A DNA stretch of 64,000 bases from Minisyncoccia bacterium. GTDB taxonomy: Bacteria; Patescibacteriota; Minisyncoccia; SW-4-49-11. A model generated the notes under the pieces. It saw only the letters and a list, made by a program, of their open reading frames with translations, had not been told where the DNA came from and made no database searches. The position numbers were made by a program, and so were the translations under genes. Each line of letters begins with the position of its first letter. The stretch's first letter is position 1. The stretch spans positions 36,023 through 100,022 of the forward strand of contig JBIKVS010000002.1 of assembly GCA_044356725.1 (NCBI GenBank). The letters run 5' to 3'. Positions 9,888 through 20,226 of this stretch are shown here, one piece after another.

Positions 9888-11057
9888 CTACAGCCCAAAT
9901 CTACCTCTAGTTACATTGAAGTTTTGTTGGACTTCTTGTAGTGTTAGACCTTTTCCCTTATAAACTAAAATATTAGCAATATTACCTTGATGAATATATC
10001 CTCCACCCCCATATCTTCCTATATTGAAATTAGTTCCCCATGTACCAATATTCCCTGAATCATTAGCACTATTTATTAAAACACCATTAGAATAAAACTT
10101 AGTACTACCTGATATCCTTGAGATTACAATATTATACCAAGTATTAATACTATGTGTTGGTCCAGAAGTATAAAGTACTCCTCTAACTCCTATAGTTGGA
10201 TTATAATATCTAAATCCATTATTAATACTAGTTCCAGTTGATAGAGTCCCTCCATTAGCACCAAAATCCCAAATGTATCTATTTGCAACTATTTCTGTTT
10301 TATATACCCAAGCAGCAACAGAGAAATCGCCAGTTCCTGGGGAGATATTATTGGAAACTATTACATAATCATTTATCCCATCAAAAATAAGAGAACCTCC
10401 ATTAGCAATATTATACCCGACTCCATTGATGAGAGTTCCATGATTATTTCCCCCACTCAAATCAAACCAAGTTGTACCAGATCCAGGATAACTAGCTGGA
10501 ATACCTGCATCTAAATTCAATATTAGACCATCTGTCACGATTGGTAACTTTGGCACAGTAGCTGCTAAAGGAGTATTGGCATTACTAGTTTCTACACTAG
10601 GTAGGGGGTCATTTATTTTAATATCCACACCTCCTTCTCTTAATGCTTCTTTTAATCTAATACTAACAGTACTGCTAGCTTCATCTACTGCTATCTCATA
10701 ACCCGAGCCACCTATATTATCGGTGTCATTTGGATCCTGTGGTATAGCTTGGATAAAATCAGGGACTAGAGATGATTTTAAATCGATAAATCCTGTACAA
10801 GAAGTAGCATCTGGGTCACAAATTTCCTGATAATCTCGGGTAAGACCTGCTGGATAGCTTCCTTTTTGTAACTTATATTGGGTAATAGTGCTTTCTAAAG
10901 TTTGAATATGAGTCTTTCTAATATCATTACGAGCATCAATAAATCTAGCATCAGCATTAAAATTTACTAAACCAATAGTTAGCAATATACCTATTAGGGT
11001 AATTACTAATAATACTTCTATCAGAGTAAATCCTTTATTTACATTTTTAGTTTTCAT
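9888..11057 (-). CDS. Type IV pilin/pseudopilin fused to a C-terminal LamG-like (concanavalin A-like) domain
   Basis: KGFTLIEVLLVI prepilin site; C-terminal GLILNLDAG..SYPGSGTTWFDLSG..FDGINDYV..QQNFN..RGRFGL jelly-roll motif. Confidence 0.85.
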   Translation of the reverse strand: MKTKNVNKGFTLIEVLLVITLIGILLTIGLVNFNADARFIDARNDIRKTHIQTLESTITQYKLQKGSYPAGLTRDYQEICDPDATSCTGFIDLKSSLVPDFIQAIPQDPNDTDNIGGSGYEIAVDEASSTVSIRLKEALREGGVDIKINDPLPSVETSNANTPLAATVPKLPIVTDGLILNLDAGIPASYPGSGTTWFDLSGGNNHGTLINGVGYNIANGGSLIFDGINDYVIVSNNISPGTGDFSVAAWVYKTEIVANRYIWDFGANGGTLSTGTSINNGFRYYNPTIGVRGVLYTSGPTHSINTWYNIVISRISGSTKFYSNGVLINSANDSGNIGTWGTNFNIGRYGGGGYIHQGNIANILVYKGKGLTLQEVQQNFNVTRGRFGL

Positions 11058-11080
11058 TGATTTAATATTAACTTAACTTT

Positions 11081-12361
11081 TTATTCTGACCTTAATGCTT
11101 TAACTGGATTTAAGCTAGCTGCCTTAAGAGATGGGTATATTCCTGCTAATATTCCAATCCCTATACTAATAGCCACTACAATGAGAGTAGAGACTAAGTC
11201 AAAGTTAAAGAAAGTCTCAACTTGGAATCCAATTTGATTCAATTGCTCTACAATAAATATATTCCCTATTTGCATACTAAGTATAACTATTATCAATCCT
11301 GTAACTCCACCTAAGAGACCTATTATAGCTGACTGGATTAAGAACACTCCTAATATCTGTCCATTAGAGGCTCCCATAGATTTTAGAATTCCGATTTCCT
11401 TAGTTTGCTCATAAATACTCATTATCATAGTATTAGTAATACCAATCGAGGCAATTACAGCAGAGATTGCTCCAAATGCAAATAAAGCTATAGTGAATGC
11501 CTGAATAATATCATCTAAAAATCCTAAGACATCATCGGCGGTGAATATACCTTGAAAATTATATTTTTCATCAATAGCAGTTTTAATAGCTTGCAATTTT
11601 GCTTCCTCTCCAGTTACTCTTAATAGATCATATCCCACGGATGAGACATATTCTTCTTTAGAATCAAAACCTCCAATATCAGCTAAAATAGAAGTTGAAG
11701 TTGTGAGAGATACAATGGCATCATTTCTATCAGAACCTGGGTCGAATACTCCTTTAATAGTATAATCATATTGTTTATCAAGAATTTCCTTAGTCTTGAC
11801 TGTTCCAAACAAAGCACTCTTAGAGGTTACAAAGCTAACTTTTTTGCCTATCAACTCTTCTGGAGCGACATTATAAAAATCTGCTACGAACTTGGAGACA
11901 AAGATATTATCTCCAGTTGGTTTACTTTTATCTCCCCAGAAATCTACAAAATATGAATCATCCCCTGTCAAATCCCAACCTGAGATGAAGGCAGGAGCAT
12001 AAGCTTTATCTTGACCATCTAGTTTGATCTCTAAATTATTGACAACTGTTACTGGGACTATATCCGTCACTCCATCTATTTTAGCAATATTATCTACTAC
12101 TTCCTGTGTAATAAGGGTTGTTTCATTCACATCGGTACTCTCTGCAGAGGGTGGGTTAAAAGCTCCTGGACCACTGGAATTGGTAATAAATATTTCATTA
12201 GATTTAAATTGAGTCTGGATAGCAGAGACTAACAATGTCCTTAAATCTTGCATTCCAAAGATTATTAAAGACAATAAAATTACCGCAATTGTAATACCTA
12301 AACTAGTCAAAATTGTTCTTAATTTCCGTCTTGCCACTAGACTAATAGCATATTTAATCAT
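11081..12361 (-). CDS. ABC transporter permease (MacB/FtsX family)
   Basis: RTILTSLGITIAV, ITNTMIMSIYEQTKEIGILKSMGA and YPSLKAASLNPVKALR. Confidence 0.92.
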   Translation of the reverse strand: MIKYAISLVARRKLRTILTSLGITIAVILLSLIIFGMQDLRTLLVSAIQTQFKSNEIFITNSSGPGAFNPPSAESTDVNETTLITQEVVDNIAKIDGVTDIVPVTVVNNLEIKLDGQDKAYAPAFISGWDLTGDDSYFVDFWGDKSKPTGDNIFVSKFVADFYNVAPEELIGKKVSFVTSKSALFGTVKTKEILDKQYDYTIKGVFDPGSDRNDAIVSLTTSTSILADIGGFDSKEEYVSSVGYDLLRVTGEEAKLQAIKTAIDEKYNFQGIFTADDVLGFLDDIIQAFTIALFAFGAISAVIASIGITNTMIMSIYEQTKEIGILKSMGASNGQILGVFLIQSAIIGLLGGVTGLIIVILSMQIGNIFIVEQLNQIGFQVETFFNFDLVSTLIVVAISIGIGILAGIYPSLKAASLNPVKALRSE

Positions 12362-12365
12362 ATAT

Positions 12366-13034
12366 TTAAATATTATCTACTAATTGACCGTCTTTTAGGA
12401 ATAATTTTCTGTCAATTCCTTCAGCTAAATGTAAATCATGAGTTACGAGGAACATTGTCATATTTTCCTCAGCATTAAGTTCAAACAAAAGATGCATTAT
12501 TTCCTTACCTGTTACTGAGTCTAGATTACCAGTTGGCTCATCAGCTAATAAGATTTCTGGTTTAGCAACTAAAGCTCTTGCTATAGCGACTCTTTGCATC
12601 TGCCCACCAGACAGCTCATTTGGTCTATGCTTCAATCTATCTGACAGCCCCACTTTATCTAGAAGATATCTAGCCCTATCTTCTGCCTCTGAACCTGCGA
12701 GTTGATGACCAAATTTAAGTGGCAATAATACATTTTCGATGACATTGAGTGCTGAGATTAAATTAAATTGTTGAAATATAGTCCCGACTTTAAATCTTCT
12801 ATATATATTGGGATTATAATCTTTAATATCTTTATTATCTACAATTACTTGTCCTTCATAAATTCTATCCAAGCCACCTAATATATTAAGTAAAGTGGAT
12901 TTACCTGATCCTGAGCTACCAATTATAGCTACCATTTCTTTGGTTTGAGCGGTAAATGAAATATCATTTAAGGCAATAACTATATTGTCCTTATTCATTT
13001 GATAGACTTTTTTGAGATTTTTGACCTCTATCAT
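12366..13034 (-). CDS. ABC transporter ATP-binding protein (LolD/MacB type)
   Basis: GSSGSGKST, LSGGQMQRVAIARAL, LADEPTGNLD and VTHD. Confidence 0.95.
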   Translation of the reverse strand: MIEVKNLKKVYQMNKDNIVIALNDISFTAQTKEMVAIIGSSGSGKSTLLNILGGLDRIYEGQVIVDNKDIKDYNPNIYRRFKVGTIFQQFNLISALNVIENVLLPLKFGHQLAGSEAEDRARYLLDKVGLSDRLKHRPNELSGGQMQRVAIARALVAKPEILLADEPTGNLDSVTGKEIMHLLFELNAEENMTMFLVTHDLHLAEGIDRKLFLKDGQLVDNI

Positions 13035-14872
13035 ATAGATTGTCTTAGATTTTCTACTTGTTCCACAATGCTATCTACATTTATTTGCTCAAATTGTAAT
13101 AACTCTTCTGGAGTTCCGCTCCTTGGAGTTTCTTGTACCGATAAAGATCTAATTGGAATATGTACATCCTCTAATTCAGATCTAATCGCTTCAGCTATAC
13201 CTCCAGCTTGATGATGATCTTCCACCACAATCAAACCTTTAGTCTCCCGAGCAGCTAAATGTAGTGTTGCAGTATCAAGAGGTTTTATACTATATAAATC
13301 TATCACTCTAACACTAACCCCTCTTTCTCTTAGTATATCATAGGCTTTCAAACATTCATAGAGAGTAATACCTGCTCCAACTAAAGTTATCTCATCTAAT
13401 TCACTATTATAAATAGTTTTACTACCTCCAACAACAAAGGTTTCATTATTACTATATAGAGTCGGAACACCCGCCCTGGTTAATCTTAGATAGCTAAGAC
13501 CTTCATACAAATAAGCTTGTTCAGTTAATTTAAGAGTTGATATTGAATCACTGGGATATAAAACTACCGAACCAAACATACCTCTAAAAAAAGCAATATC
13601 ATTCAGAGCCATTTGAGAGGGTCCATCAGCTCCAATTGAAACTCCTGGATGAGTTCCTACTATCACAATATTAGCTTCATTGTATTGAGCCATACGAATT
13701 TGGTCATAGGCTCTAGTTAGAAACCCAGCAAAGGATGAAACAAATGGCTTTTTACCAGTCAGGGACAATCCTGTGGCTACGGATAGCATATTTTGCTCAG
13801 CGATAAACATTTCTAAAAATCTATTCTCATCAATATGATTAGCATAAGTAGAATTACTTACTTCAGCATCAAGTACAATAATATCATTATAATTACTGGT
13901 TAAAATTTTCATAGCTTCTCCAAAAGCTTTACGGGGAGAGACTAATTCATCCAAACTATAATTAGGATATATTGTATCATCTACTTGTGGTGGAGTATAA
14001 TTGTATGGAGATAACTTAATAGGAGCTTCAATTTCAGCCCGCAAATCTAAATTAAGTTGTCCTAACTCTTCAATATAAACCTCAAATTGCTCTTGAGTAA
14101 GAGCCTTACCATGCCAATTATCTTTATCCTCAATCAAAGATATTCCCTTACCTTTAAGGGTTTTAGCTAATATAACTGTAGGCTTATCTGAGTTTTTTGC
14201 TTGCTTCAAAGCATCTAAAACTTCATCTAGATTATGACCATCTATTATAATAGCCTCCCAACCAAAAGATTCAAATTTTTTCTTATAAATTTCAATATTA
14301 TGACCCTCCATAGTCTCTCCTCGTTGCCCTAATCTATTGATATCTACTATAGCAACTAGATTATTAATTCCATAATGAGCAGCACTGGCAACACTTTCCC
14401 AAACCGAACCTTCTGCCAATTCACTATCCCCTAACATAACATAAGTGTATGAATTAACTTGGTCAAATTTTTTAGCATTAATTGCATAGCCAATACCAAT
14501 CCCTAATCCTTGCCCAAGAGACCCGGTGGCAGCATCTGTAAATATAAATCTACGACTAGGATGCCCCTCTAAAACACTTGTGAATTGTCGCAATGTTTGA
14601 ATTTCCTCAGGGGTAATTACTCCAGATAATAACCAAAGACTATATAATAATGGTGAAGCATGGCCTTTAGATAAAATAAATCTATCATTATTTATATCCC
14701 TAGAATTATTAATATCATACTTAAACTCACCTCCAAAAAATAGTCCTACCCCTAATTCAACAGACGATAAAGAGGAAGTGGGATGCCCTGAACCAGCCTG
14801 AGTTGTAGAATATAAAATCCAATATCTAACTAATTTGGATATTTCCTCAAGTTGATTAATTGTATATTTCAT
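13031..14872 (-). CDS. tkt: Transketolase (single-chain, short type)
   Basis: GHPTSSLS, LSKGHA, GSLGQG, TPP motif GDSELAEG..N, FIAEQNM and GADGPSQ. Confidence 0.93.
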   Translation of the reverse strand: MKYTINQLEEISKLVRYWILYSTTQAGSGHPTSSLSSVELGVGLFFGGEFKYDINNSRDINNDRFILSKGHASPLLYSLWLLSGVITPEEIQTLRQFTSVLEGHPSRRFIFTDAATGSLGQGLGIGIGYAINAKKFDQVNSYTYVMLGDSELAEGSVWESVASAAHYGINNLVAIVDINRLGQRGETMEGHNIEIYKKKFESFGWEAIIIDGHNLDEVLDALKQAKNSDKPTVILAKTLKGKGISLIEDKDNWHGKALTQEQFEVYIEELGQLNLDLRAEIEAPIKLSPYNYTPPQVDDTIYPNYSLDELVSPRKAFGEAMKILTSNYNDIIVLDAEVSNSTYANHIDENRFLEMFIAEQNMLSVATGLSLTGKKPFVSSFAGFLTRAYDQIRMAQYNEANIVIVGTHPGVSIGADGPSQMALNDIAFFRGMFGSVVLYPSDSISTLKLTEQAYLYEGLSYLRLTRAGVPTLYSNNETFVVGGSKTIYNSELDEITLVGAGITLYECLKAYDILRERGVSVRVIDLYSIKPLDTATLHLAARETKGLIVVEDHHQAGGIAEAIRSELEDVHIPIRSLSVQETPRSGTPEELLQFEQINVDSIVEQVENLRQSI

Positions 14873-15332
14873 AGTCTGTATTATTATTTTCTAATTCTGT
14901 AATTTTAGACACTCTTCTAATATGTCTTTCTTGATATGATGGTTCGGTTATAATAAAAGTTTCCACAATATCTGGCATTATATCCAATTCTAGAGAGGCT
15001 GATAGTGCTAAAACATTAATATGATTATGAGCTCTTGCAATAGCGGTAGTCTCAATTGAATCCAATAAAGCAGCTCTTGCTCCTGCAATTTTATTAGCTG
15101 CAATACTAGCTCCCACCCCAGTACCACAAATCACAATACCTAAAGCATCGCTATCCTCTACTACTCGTTTAGATACCTCAGAAGCATATTCTGGATAATC
15201 ATCATCTGGATCATAGACTGTATTACCACAATCTATTACCTGTAAGTTTTTGGCATTTAAAAACTGAATAATTTCTTGTTTAAGTTCAAATCCTCTATGA
15301 TCTGAGCCTATGTAAATTGTATCTATATTCAT
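14856..15332 (-). CDS. rpiB: Ribose-5-phosphate isomerase B
   Basis: GSDHRG, DYP, ICGTGVG, ANKIAGARAA and RHIRRV. Confidence 0.93.
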   Translation of the reverse strand: MNIDTIYIGSDHRGFELKQEIIQFLNAKNLQVIDCGNTVYDPDDDYPEYASEVSKRVVEDSDALGIVICGTGVGASIAANKIAGARAALLDSIETTAIARAHNHINVLALSASLELDIMPDIVETFIITEPSYQERHIRRVSKITELENNNTDYEIYN

Positions 15333-15342
15333 ATATTTAGAG

Positions 15343-15939
15343 TTATTTTTGTAATAATTTAAGAGCTAAGCGAATTTGTTCTGAGACCTCAAGAGTACCG
15401 TCTAAATTTGAGAGTACTTTTTGAATTTGAGACGGTTTATATCCAAGAGACTCCAAAGCATCCCAAACATCTTGAGTATTTTGAGATGAAGCTGAGTTAG
15501 TAGAAATATCATCAGCAATAGTAATATGATTATATAGTGGGCTTAATTTATCTTTTAACTCTAAAATTATTCTTTCAGCAGTTTTTTTCCCAATTCCAGA
15601 GGCTTGATTCAAGACACTGATTCTTTCTTGTTGAATTGACTGCATAATAGCTTCTGGTTGGTCTAAATCTAGAATTGCAAGTGCACTTTTAGCTCCTACT
15701 CCATTCACTGAAATTAAATATTTGAATAACTCAAATGAAATCATATCCAAAAAACCAAATAGAGTAAGGCTATCTTCTTTTACATCTAAATATGTTATCA
15801 AAGAAACATTTTCCCCAACAGAACCAACTGAAGTATAAGTAATACTATTTACCAAAACACTATACCCCACTCCACGCACATCCACAATTAGGTTGTTATT
15901 TTGTTTGTATTGAATTGTTCCAGCTAAACTAGCTATCAT
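15343..15939 (-). CDS. ruvA: Holliday junction branch migration protein RuvA
   Basis: MIASLAG, GVGY, KEDSLTLFGF, SVNGVGAKSA, GIGKKTAERIILELKDK and ALESLGY. Confidence 0.96.
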   Translation of the reverse strand: MIASLAGTIQYKQNNNLIVDVRGVGYSVLVNSITYTSVGSVGENVSLITYLDVKEDSLTLFGFLDMISFELFKYLISVNGVGAKSALAILDLDQPEAIMQSIQQERISVLNQASGIGKKTAERIILELKDKLSPLYNHITIADDISTNSASSQNTQDVWDALESLGYKPSQIQKVLSNLDGTLEVSEQIRLALKLLQK

Positions 15940-15984
15940 AAAGTGATTTATATTTATATTTTTATTATATCATATAAATTTTTA

Positions 15985-16194
15985 ATTATGAATGGTGGAT
16001 AATTTAATTATGAATTGTAAGTTGTGAATTATGAATGGCGCTTCTGTCTCCCTTCGGAGGGAGTACCCGTAGGGGGAGGGAGGACTTCAGACAACACAAG
16101 ATAACCCCCTCCTAAACTAAAGTATAGGAGGGGCTTAAGAACAATGTCGGCGAGGGCGCCGACTCTACGAACTTACAATTTAGAATTCATAATT
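15985..16194. repeat. Composite palindromic element, copy B
   Basis: Heptamer tracts at both ends; tgtctcccttcggagggagtacccgtagggggagggaggac and tgtcggcgagggcgccgactctac modules. Confidence 0.85.
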
Positions 16195-16262
16195 ATATTA
16201 TTTTATGCTATAATATATAAGGTATAATTTTATACCCGATTATTAAATTAAATAAAATCATT

Positions 16263-16784
16263 ATGATGAAAGTAGGACAACCAGCTCCTGACTTTACCTT
16301 ACAAGGTTATCAGGACGGAAAATTTGCAGAATATTCACTATCTCAAATCACTGGTTCTGGGAAATGGGTGGTATTATTCTTCTATCCTCTAGACTTTACT
16401 TTTGTATGTCCAACAGAAATTACTGGATTTAACAAAAAAATTGAGGAGTTTGATAAGTTAGGAGCTCAAGTATTAGGAGCTAGCGTAGATAGCGTTCACT
16501 CTCACAAAGCTTGGGTTGAGAAAGATTTAGGAAAATTAGAATTCCCTCTTCTATCTGACTTCAAAAAAGAAACAGCTGATAGCTACAATATTCTAGTTGA
16601 TGAAGATGGTGGTGTAGCCTTAAGAGGAACATTTATTATTGACCCTGATGGAATCTTACGCTACTCAGTAGTTTCTGACTTGAATGTAGGACGAAGCATT
16701 GATGAGACTGTAAGAGTATTATCTGCTCTTAAAAATGGAGGTCTTTGCCCGGTAGAATGGGAAGAAGGAGAAGCTACCTTATAA
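16263..16784 (+). CDS. ahpC: 2-Cys peroxiredoxin (AhpC/TSA)
   Basis: FFYPLDFTFVCPTE, RGTFIIDP and LCPVEW. Confidence 0.93.
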   Translation: MMKVGQPAPDFTLQGYQDGKFAEYSLSQITGSGKWVVLFFYPLDFTFVCPTEITGFNKKIEEFDKLGAQVLGASVDSVHSHKAWVEKDLGKLEFPLLSDFKKETADSYNILVDEDGGVALRGTFIIDPDGILRYSVVSDLNVGRSIDETVRVLSALKNGGLCPVEWEEGEATL

Positions 16785-16803
16785 TAGCTATCCCTTAGAT
16801 AAT

Positions 16804-16832
16804 AAAAAAGGCGGTTTTAAACCGTCTTTTTT
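16804..16832. terminator. Bidirectional intrinsic terminator
   Basis: A-run, ggcggttt-t-aaaccgtc hairpin, then T-run, between convergent genes. Confidence 0.8.
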
Positions 16833-16856
16833 ATTTAATATTCTTTAAACAGTGTA

Positions 16857-17102
16857 TTATGCTTCTATACCAACTAATTTAGCTAAAGTAGCTCTGTCAT
16901 ATCCAATTAGAATTTGACCATCTACATCAATAACAGGGACTCCCATCTGTCCGCTTTTTTCAACTAATTCATTACGCTTTTCTGCATCTGCAGCAACATT
17001 ATATTCTACAAAAGGAACATTGTTTTCAGCTAAAAACTCCTTAGCTTGCTTACAAAAACCACAAGTTGGGGTGGAATAAATCTGTATATTTGGTGTGCTC
17101 AT
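16857..17102 (-). CDS. Glutaredoxin-like (NrdH/YruB family) protein
   Basis: YSTPTCGFC and SGQMGVPVI. Confidence 0.9.
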   Translation of the reverse strand: MSTPNIQIYSTPTCGFCKQAKEFLAENNVPFVEYNVAADAEKRNELVEKSGQMGVPVIDVDGQILIGYDRATLAKLVGIEA

Positions 17103-17143
17103 AATTTTAATAGTTAATTTAATACTCTTATATTATATCACAA

Positions 17144-17887
17144 TTATTGTAAGAATTCATCTATATATGTCTTAAAGGTATCAATTGGTAAAGCTCCAGC
17201 AATTCTAATACCTTGAGTTAACTTCCCATCTTCCAGTTTACCTATTATGAATCCTGGAGTTCCATTAACACCATTTTGATTAGCAAAATCCATATCAGCT
17301 TTTACTTTATCCAAAGTCTCTTCTTCTTTAAGACAGGTATCAAATTTATTAGTATCTAAGTCTTGAATCTCCCTTGCCAATTCATTAAGCTTGGATTCTT
17401 GCATACCCTCTCCTCCACTTTCAGTATTAGCAAAAATTAAATCCACATATTCAAAGTAAGCTTGATTTCCTTTTTGCTCATACACACATTGAGCTGCTAC
17501 AGCTTGTTTAGTAGCTAATGGATCATGAAAATCTAGGGGATAATCTTTCCAAGCTAAGATTGCTTTATCTGTATTCACGTATTGTTCTATAATTTCCTTA
17601 CGAGCCTCATCATGGAATTTTTTACAAAATGGACATTCAAAATCACTAAATTCAATAATAGCAATTTGTGATTTTGACTTAGAACCCAGATAAGGCGTAT
17701 CTTTTGATAAATCTACAGATATATTCCTAGCATCTACTGGGTCATCTTGTTCTTGCTGGGAATCTGTATTGGAAGCTGTATTATTGTTAGCTCGAGACTG
17801 TGCTCCATTATACAAAACTGCCGAAGCAATCATCATACCAGATAAAAGAATCGAAGCGACTATTAATAGAATTGATTTATTTTCCAT
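17144..17887 (-). CDS. DsbA-family thioredoxin-fold protein, membrane anchored
   Basis: N-terminal TM helix; EFSDFECPFC and GVNGTP. Confidence 0.9.
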   Translation of the reverse strand: MENKSILLIVASILLSGMMIASAVLYNGAQSRANNNTASNTDSQQEQDDPVDARNISVDLSKDTPYLGSKSKSQIAIIEFSDFECPFCKKFHDEARKEIIEQYVNTDKAILAWKDYPLDFHDPLATKQAVAAQCVYEQKGNQAYFEYVDLIFANTESGGEGMQESKLNELAREIQDLDTNKFDTCLKEEETLDKVKADMDFANQNGVNGTPGFIIGKLEDGKLTQGIRIAGALPIDTFKTYIDEFLQ

Positions 17888-17981
17888 ATTATATTATGCT
17901 AATTATATAGATATATTATATCATATATTTTTATCTACATCAAAACACCTTATAAATTTATAATTAAACAACAATATTACT

Positions 17982-18920
17982 ATGATTTATGACACTATTA
18001 TAATCGGAGGAGGACCTACAGGAACAGCTGCCTCTATCTATGCTGCCCGAAAACAACTCAAAGCTATTCTTATCACTGATAGCTTTGGTGGACAATCTGT
18101 AGTATCCAATGACATAGACAATTGGATTGGAGACATTAGAATTTCTGGTTTTGACTTAGCTCAAAAGTTTGAGGCTCACATCAAAGCTCAACCTGGTCTT
18201 GAGACTTTAGTAGATAGAGTTGCTAAAATTGACCAAGTCTCAGAGAATCCTTACCCAATTTATGAAGTTGTGACTGAGGGTGGTAAAACTTTTCAAACTA
18301 AAACTCTTATTCTTGGAATGGGAGCACATAGAAGGAAATTAGATGTACCAGGAGAAGCAGAATTTAGCGCAAAAGGAGTAGCCTACTGTGCAACTTGTGA
18401 TGCTCCATTCTTTGAAGGTAAAAAAGTAGCCGTAGTTGGAGGCGGGAATGCTGGACTTGAAAGTGCCCTTGACTTACTTGCCTATGCTAGTGAAGTATAT
18501 CTATTCAATCGTAGTGATGAGTTGAAAGGAGACCCTCAAACAGCTGAGAAAATTCAAAAGCACCCTAACTTTAAGGGGATTCTATATAATACAGTTGTAA
18601 CTGATATTTTTGGTGAGACTATGATGACAGGAGTGCATTATCAGAATGTATTAACTCAAGAAATAACGGAGTTAGAATTAGATGGATTATTCATTGAAAT
18701 TGGATCTCTGCCAAATTCAGATATAGTCAAACATTTAGTAAACACTAATCAAATTGGGGAGATTATCATTGATCATAAATACTCCACCACCTCTCGAGCA
18801 GGGATATTCGCAGCTGGAGATATCACTGATGAGGCTTATAAACAGAATAATATCTCAGCTGGAGATGCTGTCAAAGCTGCCCTCTCAGCTTATGCTTATA
18901 TTCATAAATTGGAGGGGTAG
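17982..18920 (+). CDS. Thioredoxin reductase / AhpF C-terminal-like FAD-dependent oxidoreductase
   Basis: GGGPTG, YCATCDAP, VVGGGNAG and GIFAAGD. Confidence 0.92.
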   Translation: MIYDTIIIGGGPTGTAASIYAARKQLKAILITDSFGGQSVVSNDIDNWIGDIRISGFDLAQKFEAHIKAQPGLETLVDRVAKIDQVSENPYPIYEVVTEGGKTFQTKTLILGMGAHRRKLDVPGEAEFSAKGVAYCATCDAPFFEGKKVAVVGGGNAGLESALDLLAYASEVYLFNRSDELKGDPQTAEKIQKHPNFKGILYNTVVTDIFGETMMTGVHYQNVLTQEITELELDGLFIEIGSLPNSDIVKHLVNTNQIGEIIIDHKYSTTSRAGIFAAGDITDEAYKQNNISAGDAVKAALSAYAYIHKLEG

Positions 18921-18979
18921 TTATTATAATTGCTCTAAAGTAAAAAGAGTATCTTATGGTTAGGATACCCTTTTTATAG

Positions 18980-19264
18980 TTATTTACAAGGAAGAGAATA
19001 TAAAATAAGTATATTATTTTTATCTATCAGCTCTATTGGATCTCCAGGATATAAAATTATATGTCCTGAATTTTGGTTTTCATTAACTATTTCATTACAC
19101 CGAACAGCGTATATAGTGTATAAATATGATCCATACCTTAATAAAATTTTAGATCCGTGATTTATCCTTAAAGCATTATATGTTCTTTCTTTTATTGGTT
19201 TTGACAAGATAGGTTCTGGGAAAAAAATTAATCCCAATAATAAGATAAAGAACAACCTTTTCAT
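18980..19264 (-). CDS. Hypothetical protein with signal-peptide-like N-terminus
   Basis: ORF fills the gap after a terminator; MKRLFFILLLGLIFF. Confidence 0.45.
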   Translation of the reverse strand: MKRLFFILLLGLIFFPEPILSKPIKERTYNALRINHGSKILLRYGSYLYTIYAVRCNEIVNENQNSGHIILYPGDPIELIDKNNILILYSLPCK

Positions 19265-19375
19265 AAATCGATTCCTAAGAACTGGAACACAAATACTATA
19301 TCATAAAAAGTAGTTATATACAATTGTCTGTACTAGATGATATGATCGAAATATATAGAGTACTAAATAAGCAAT

Positions 19376-19520
19376 TGTCCTCCTTTGGAGGAGGTGGCAC
19401 GAAGTGCCGGAGGAGGACTAAGGCTGATGTTGTTGTTATAAAGTTTATTCTAATATTTTAGTATTTCAAGTATAGTCCTCCCTCCCCCTACGGGTACTCC
19501 CTCCAAAGGGAGACAAAATA
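19376..19520. repeat. Composite palindromic element, copy C
   Basis: gtcctcctttggaggaggtggcacgaagtgccggaggaggac and gtcctccctccccctacgggtactccctccaaagggagac. Confidence 0.85.
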
Positions 19521-19659
19521 AAGTTCAACCTTTTGAATATAAGAATCTAAAAATAAATCTATGTATGCAAGATGAAACTGATTTGATTTAAGATTTTCAG
19601 GATTCACATTGTTTCTCCATTGATCAAATACTATTTTGATTTCAACTATATCAATCATC

Positions 19660-20217
19660 CTACCTCTCCATAAACTCCTGAAACACCTTCGTTTTTTCCA
19701 ATAATCTCAATTCCTCTTTACACCATTCTGAAAAGGTTGTCTCATCGGCAAAGGCTCTCGCCACAAATTCTTCCCAGTCAAGCCAACGATAATTCTCTAC
19801 TTCCTCGGGGTGGGGCTTGATAATATCTGAGCTAATACCAAAGAATATTGGGCAAATTTCATTTTCTACCACTCCATCTCGCTCAAAACGGTAACGATAA
19901 GGACTAGCCTCTACTAAAATCTCAAAATTTTCAATCCCTAATTCATATTTAGCTCCTCTTCTTACAGCATCTATAGTATCCTCACCAAGTTCAGGGTGAC
20001 CACAACAGCTATTAGACCAAACTAATGGCCAAGTTTTTTTACCACTCCACCTTTGTTGAATTAAAAACTTTTTATCCTCAGGACGGAATACGAATAAAGA
20101 AAAAGCTCGATGAAGCGGAGTGTCTGCAGTATGAACATCAGATTTAGGAGCAACTCCAATTACTTCATCAAGATCCGTCACTAAAACAACATGTTCAAAA
20201 TCTGGTTTCTGTAGCAT
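19660..20217 (-). CDS. idi: Isopentenyl-diphosphate delta-isomerase, type 1
   Basis: LHRAFS, WSNSCCGHP, ENEICP and FSEW. Confidence 0.93.
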   Translation of the reverse strand: MLQKPDFEHVVLVTDLDEVIGVAPKSDVHTADTPLHRAFSLFVFRPEDKKFLIQQRWSGKKTWPLVWSNSCCGHPELGEDTIDAVRRGAKYELGIENFEILVEASPYRYRFERDGVVENEICPIFFGISSDIIKPHPEEVENYRWLDWEEFVARAFADETTFSEWCKEELRLLEKTKVFQEFMER

Positions 20218-20226
20218 TGCAAAAAT

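Noticed and set aside
9748-9963. ORFs overlapping repeat mosaics (also 48857-49258, 48886-49200, 48899-49090, 49346-49600, 54032-54235, 54911-55093, 58784-58984)
   Set aside because: They translate the GC-rich palindromes (recurrent PPLKRG and LPWGRW strings) and have no protein signatures.
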